Shown: piece after piece, positions 16,216-17,841 of the stretch
Layout: every line of letters starts with the position of its first letter
Position numbering within the stretch: position 1 is the stretch's first letter
Assembly (NCBI GenBank): GCA_964388035.1
Contig: CAYLZE010000107.1
Span: 1-17,841, forward strand
From: an uncultured archaeon
GTDB lineage: Archaea > Asgardarchaeota > Lokiarchaeia > Sigyniarchaeales > SOKP01
Direction: 5' to 3'
DNA length: 17,841 nt
Made by a program: the position numbers and the translations under genes
Notes under the pieces: model-generated
What the model was told of the DNA's origin: nothing
Databases searched by the model: none
What the model saw: only the letters and a program-made list of their open reading frames with translations

Positions 16216-16839
16216 TTAGTTGACTTTAGGAAATGATAATCCTAATGACTTGAGTTTTTTGATAACAATCTCTTGTACTTTCTCTTGCACAATCTCAATA
16301 ATGTCATCAGAAGTTATTACCTGATAACCCTCGCTTTTAGCTCGTTTCAAATATAACTCTCTTGCTTTAATTAAAAAAGGTAAATTTTCGAACTTATCCA
16401 TTTCTTTGCTTTGCTTTCTCTCTAAAGCGATCTTTGGGTCTATATCTAGAATAATTGTTAGATCGGGCTTTCCGACAAATTTGTTGATACATTTTATCCA
16501 ATCCTCAGAAATGTCTTTTGTCTGTAAGGATTGATAAATGATGGATGATTCCAGATATCGATCCGAAATAACCAGAAATCCTTCATCTAATCGTTTCTTA
16601 ATTTCTCCATGATAATGATGATCTCTGTCCGCAGCAAATAATAAAGCATCAGTAGTAGGAGGGATATTCTTATCTAATAAGTATTTCCTCAGAAGTATTC
16701 CAACTTCAGAATTAGACGGTTCATGAGTGAGGTGCACTTTAAAACCCTGAGTCTCTAAGAAACCAGATAATAAACGGCAGTGTGTTGAAGTGCCAGAGCC
16801 ATCAATTCCATCACAAACTATAAATGGAAACTTATTCAA
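16216..16839 (-). CDS. tmk: Thymidylate (dTMP) kinase
   Basis: DGIDGSGTST P-loop, THEP, LLFAADR, ISDRY, YQ, PDLTIILD, DKFE. TTG start. Confidence 0.93.
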   Translation of the reverse strand: MNKFPFIVCDGIDGSGTSTHCRLLSGFLETQGFKVHLTHEPSNSEVGILLRKYLLDKNIPPTTDALLFAADRDHHYHGEIKKRLDEGFLVISDRYLESSIIYQSLQTKDISEDWIKCINKFVGKPDLTIILDIDPKIALERKQSKEMDKFENLPFLIKARELYLKRAKSEGYQVITSDDIIEIVQEKVQEIVIKKLKSLGLSFPKVN

Positions 16840-16879
16840 AATAAATCAATATAAATAATACTTTATTTTATAAAAAGTA

Positions 16880-17841
16880 ATGAGAATGAACAAGAAAACT
16901 AAACTCGGAATATCCATAACCCTCCTCATACCTTGCATTATATTATCATGTTTATTCATGTTAGGAATACTCCAAGGAGGGCATGATATTGCAGTCATCA
17001 ATTTGCTTAGGATGTTAAATATAATTTCTTTTAGCACTTTTTTTATTGTTCTTTTATTTATAATTGAATTTACCTCTTTTAAAAGGATTTTTTCTTTCAT
17101 AATGGTACTTAGCTTGTCTTTTTGGATTGCATATGTGATTCTTAATATTATGAAATTGAAAACAGCAGCAACTCAATTGAGTATATTTTATCAAATAACT
17201 AAATTACTCTTTTTTTCTATTCTTGGTCCAAGTTTAATCTTATATACTTTACACTATATCAAAAATCATTCTGCTATTATCAGAAAATATACTGCTATTG
17301 GAAATTATAATCTTCATGAAGGATTTGTAGGACTTATATTTGCATTAATTGCAATTGGTTTGATTAGATTCCGTTCTACTCTCATTCCACATGGTTATTC
17401 GAAAATTGAAACCGTGGTTATTATTGCCATAGTTCAGATCTTTATATTATTATTATTGTTCTTTGCAGGTCTTTTAATTTTTCGGGATTATAAAGATGTT
17501 TTTCATTTTAAATTTATTAGAAAAGTAAGGAATACTGCAAATAAACAAGATGGGATTCAAGCAGAAAAAAATAATTTTAATATTACTAAAAATGACTTAC
17601 CTTTTTATCAATTAATAAGGATAATGATCTTCCCAATCGGATTTATTTTATGCAGCCTTTCTATCAATATGATGATTTATGGGGATGATTTTTTGCTACG
17701 AATATATTTTCATTTAACTGATGAGCAAATAATTTCGATTGGATTTCTTTCTTGTTTTATTTCCGGTGGGATTATCGGGTTAGATTGGCTTAGACTCATG
17801 CAGATCTTTTATCCTCAAACTTTTAGACAATTAGAAGAGAT
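16880..17841 (+). CDS. Multi-pass membrane protein, hypothetical (runs off the window end)
   Basis: Manual translation: an uninterrupted frame from ATG 16880 (or 16886), MRMNKKTKLGISITLLIPCIILSCLFMLG..., to the window end. About 320 codons with roughly 8 hydrophobic segments. Motifs YNLHEGFVG, FRDYKD and GLDW. Absent from the ORF track because it has no stop in the window. Confidence 0.88.
   Translation, partial: MRMNKKTKLGISITLLIPCIILSCLFMLGILQGGHDIAVINLLRMLNIISFSTFFIVLLFIIEFTSFKRIFSFIMVLSLSFWIAYVILNIMKLKTAATQLSIFYQITKLLFFSILGPSLILYTLHYIKNHSAIIRKYTAIGNYNLHEGFVGLIFALIAIGLIRFRSTLIPHGYSKIETVVIIAIVQIFILLLLFFAGLLIFRDYKDVFHFKFIRKVRNTANKQDGIQAEKNNFNITKNDLPFYQLIRIMIFPIGFILCSLSINMMIYGDDFLLRIYFHLTDEQIISIGFLSCFISGGIIGLDWLRLMQIFYPQTFRQLEE

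Noticed and set aside
11559-16839. HD hydrolase, nucleoside phosphorylase and tmk as a nucleotide-depletion or salvage system
   Set aside because: Not contiguous or co-oriented as a unit, and each looks like a common housekeeping family.
16846-17100. 84-aa minus-strand ORF upstream of tmk
   Set aside because: Lies antisense to the much longer membrane-protein frame starting at 16880.

Overview
AT-rich, gene-dense archaeal chromosomal segment. An archaeal-type ribosomal protein uS2, a GGAGGTGA Shine-Dalgarno and TATA-like upstream regions point to an archaeon. Asgard/Lokiarchaeia is my best guess from gene content and composition and is not verified. About 16 CDS: a partial alpha/beta-hydrolase, an IlvD-family dehydratase, two paralogous membrane-embedded M28 peptidases, an orphan N6-adenine DNA methyltransferase, an IolD/ALS-like ThDP enzyme, a CooC-type ATPase, uS2, three membrane proteins (one partial and missing from the ORF track), one small hypothetical protein, an HD protein, a LeuC/LeuD-family hydro-lyase, a nucleoside phosphorylase and thymidylate kinase. 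I saw no tRNA, rRNA, CRISPR array or transposase. The best leads are: (1) a short stand-alone methyltransferase with a BREX-PglX-like C-terminal half and an internal A11 run, a possible phase-variable switch; (2) two M28 peptidases with transmembrane hairpins inserted in the catalytic domain, each co-oriented next to an Fe-S hydro-lyase; (3) 'BCAA-like' enzymes with atypical specificity motifs; (4) uS2 with a long acidic N-terminal extension and a 28-bp palindrome just upstream; (5) a probable ATT start codon; (6) several structured intergenic regions.
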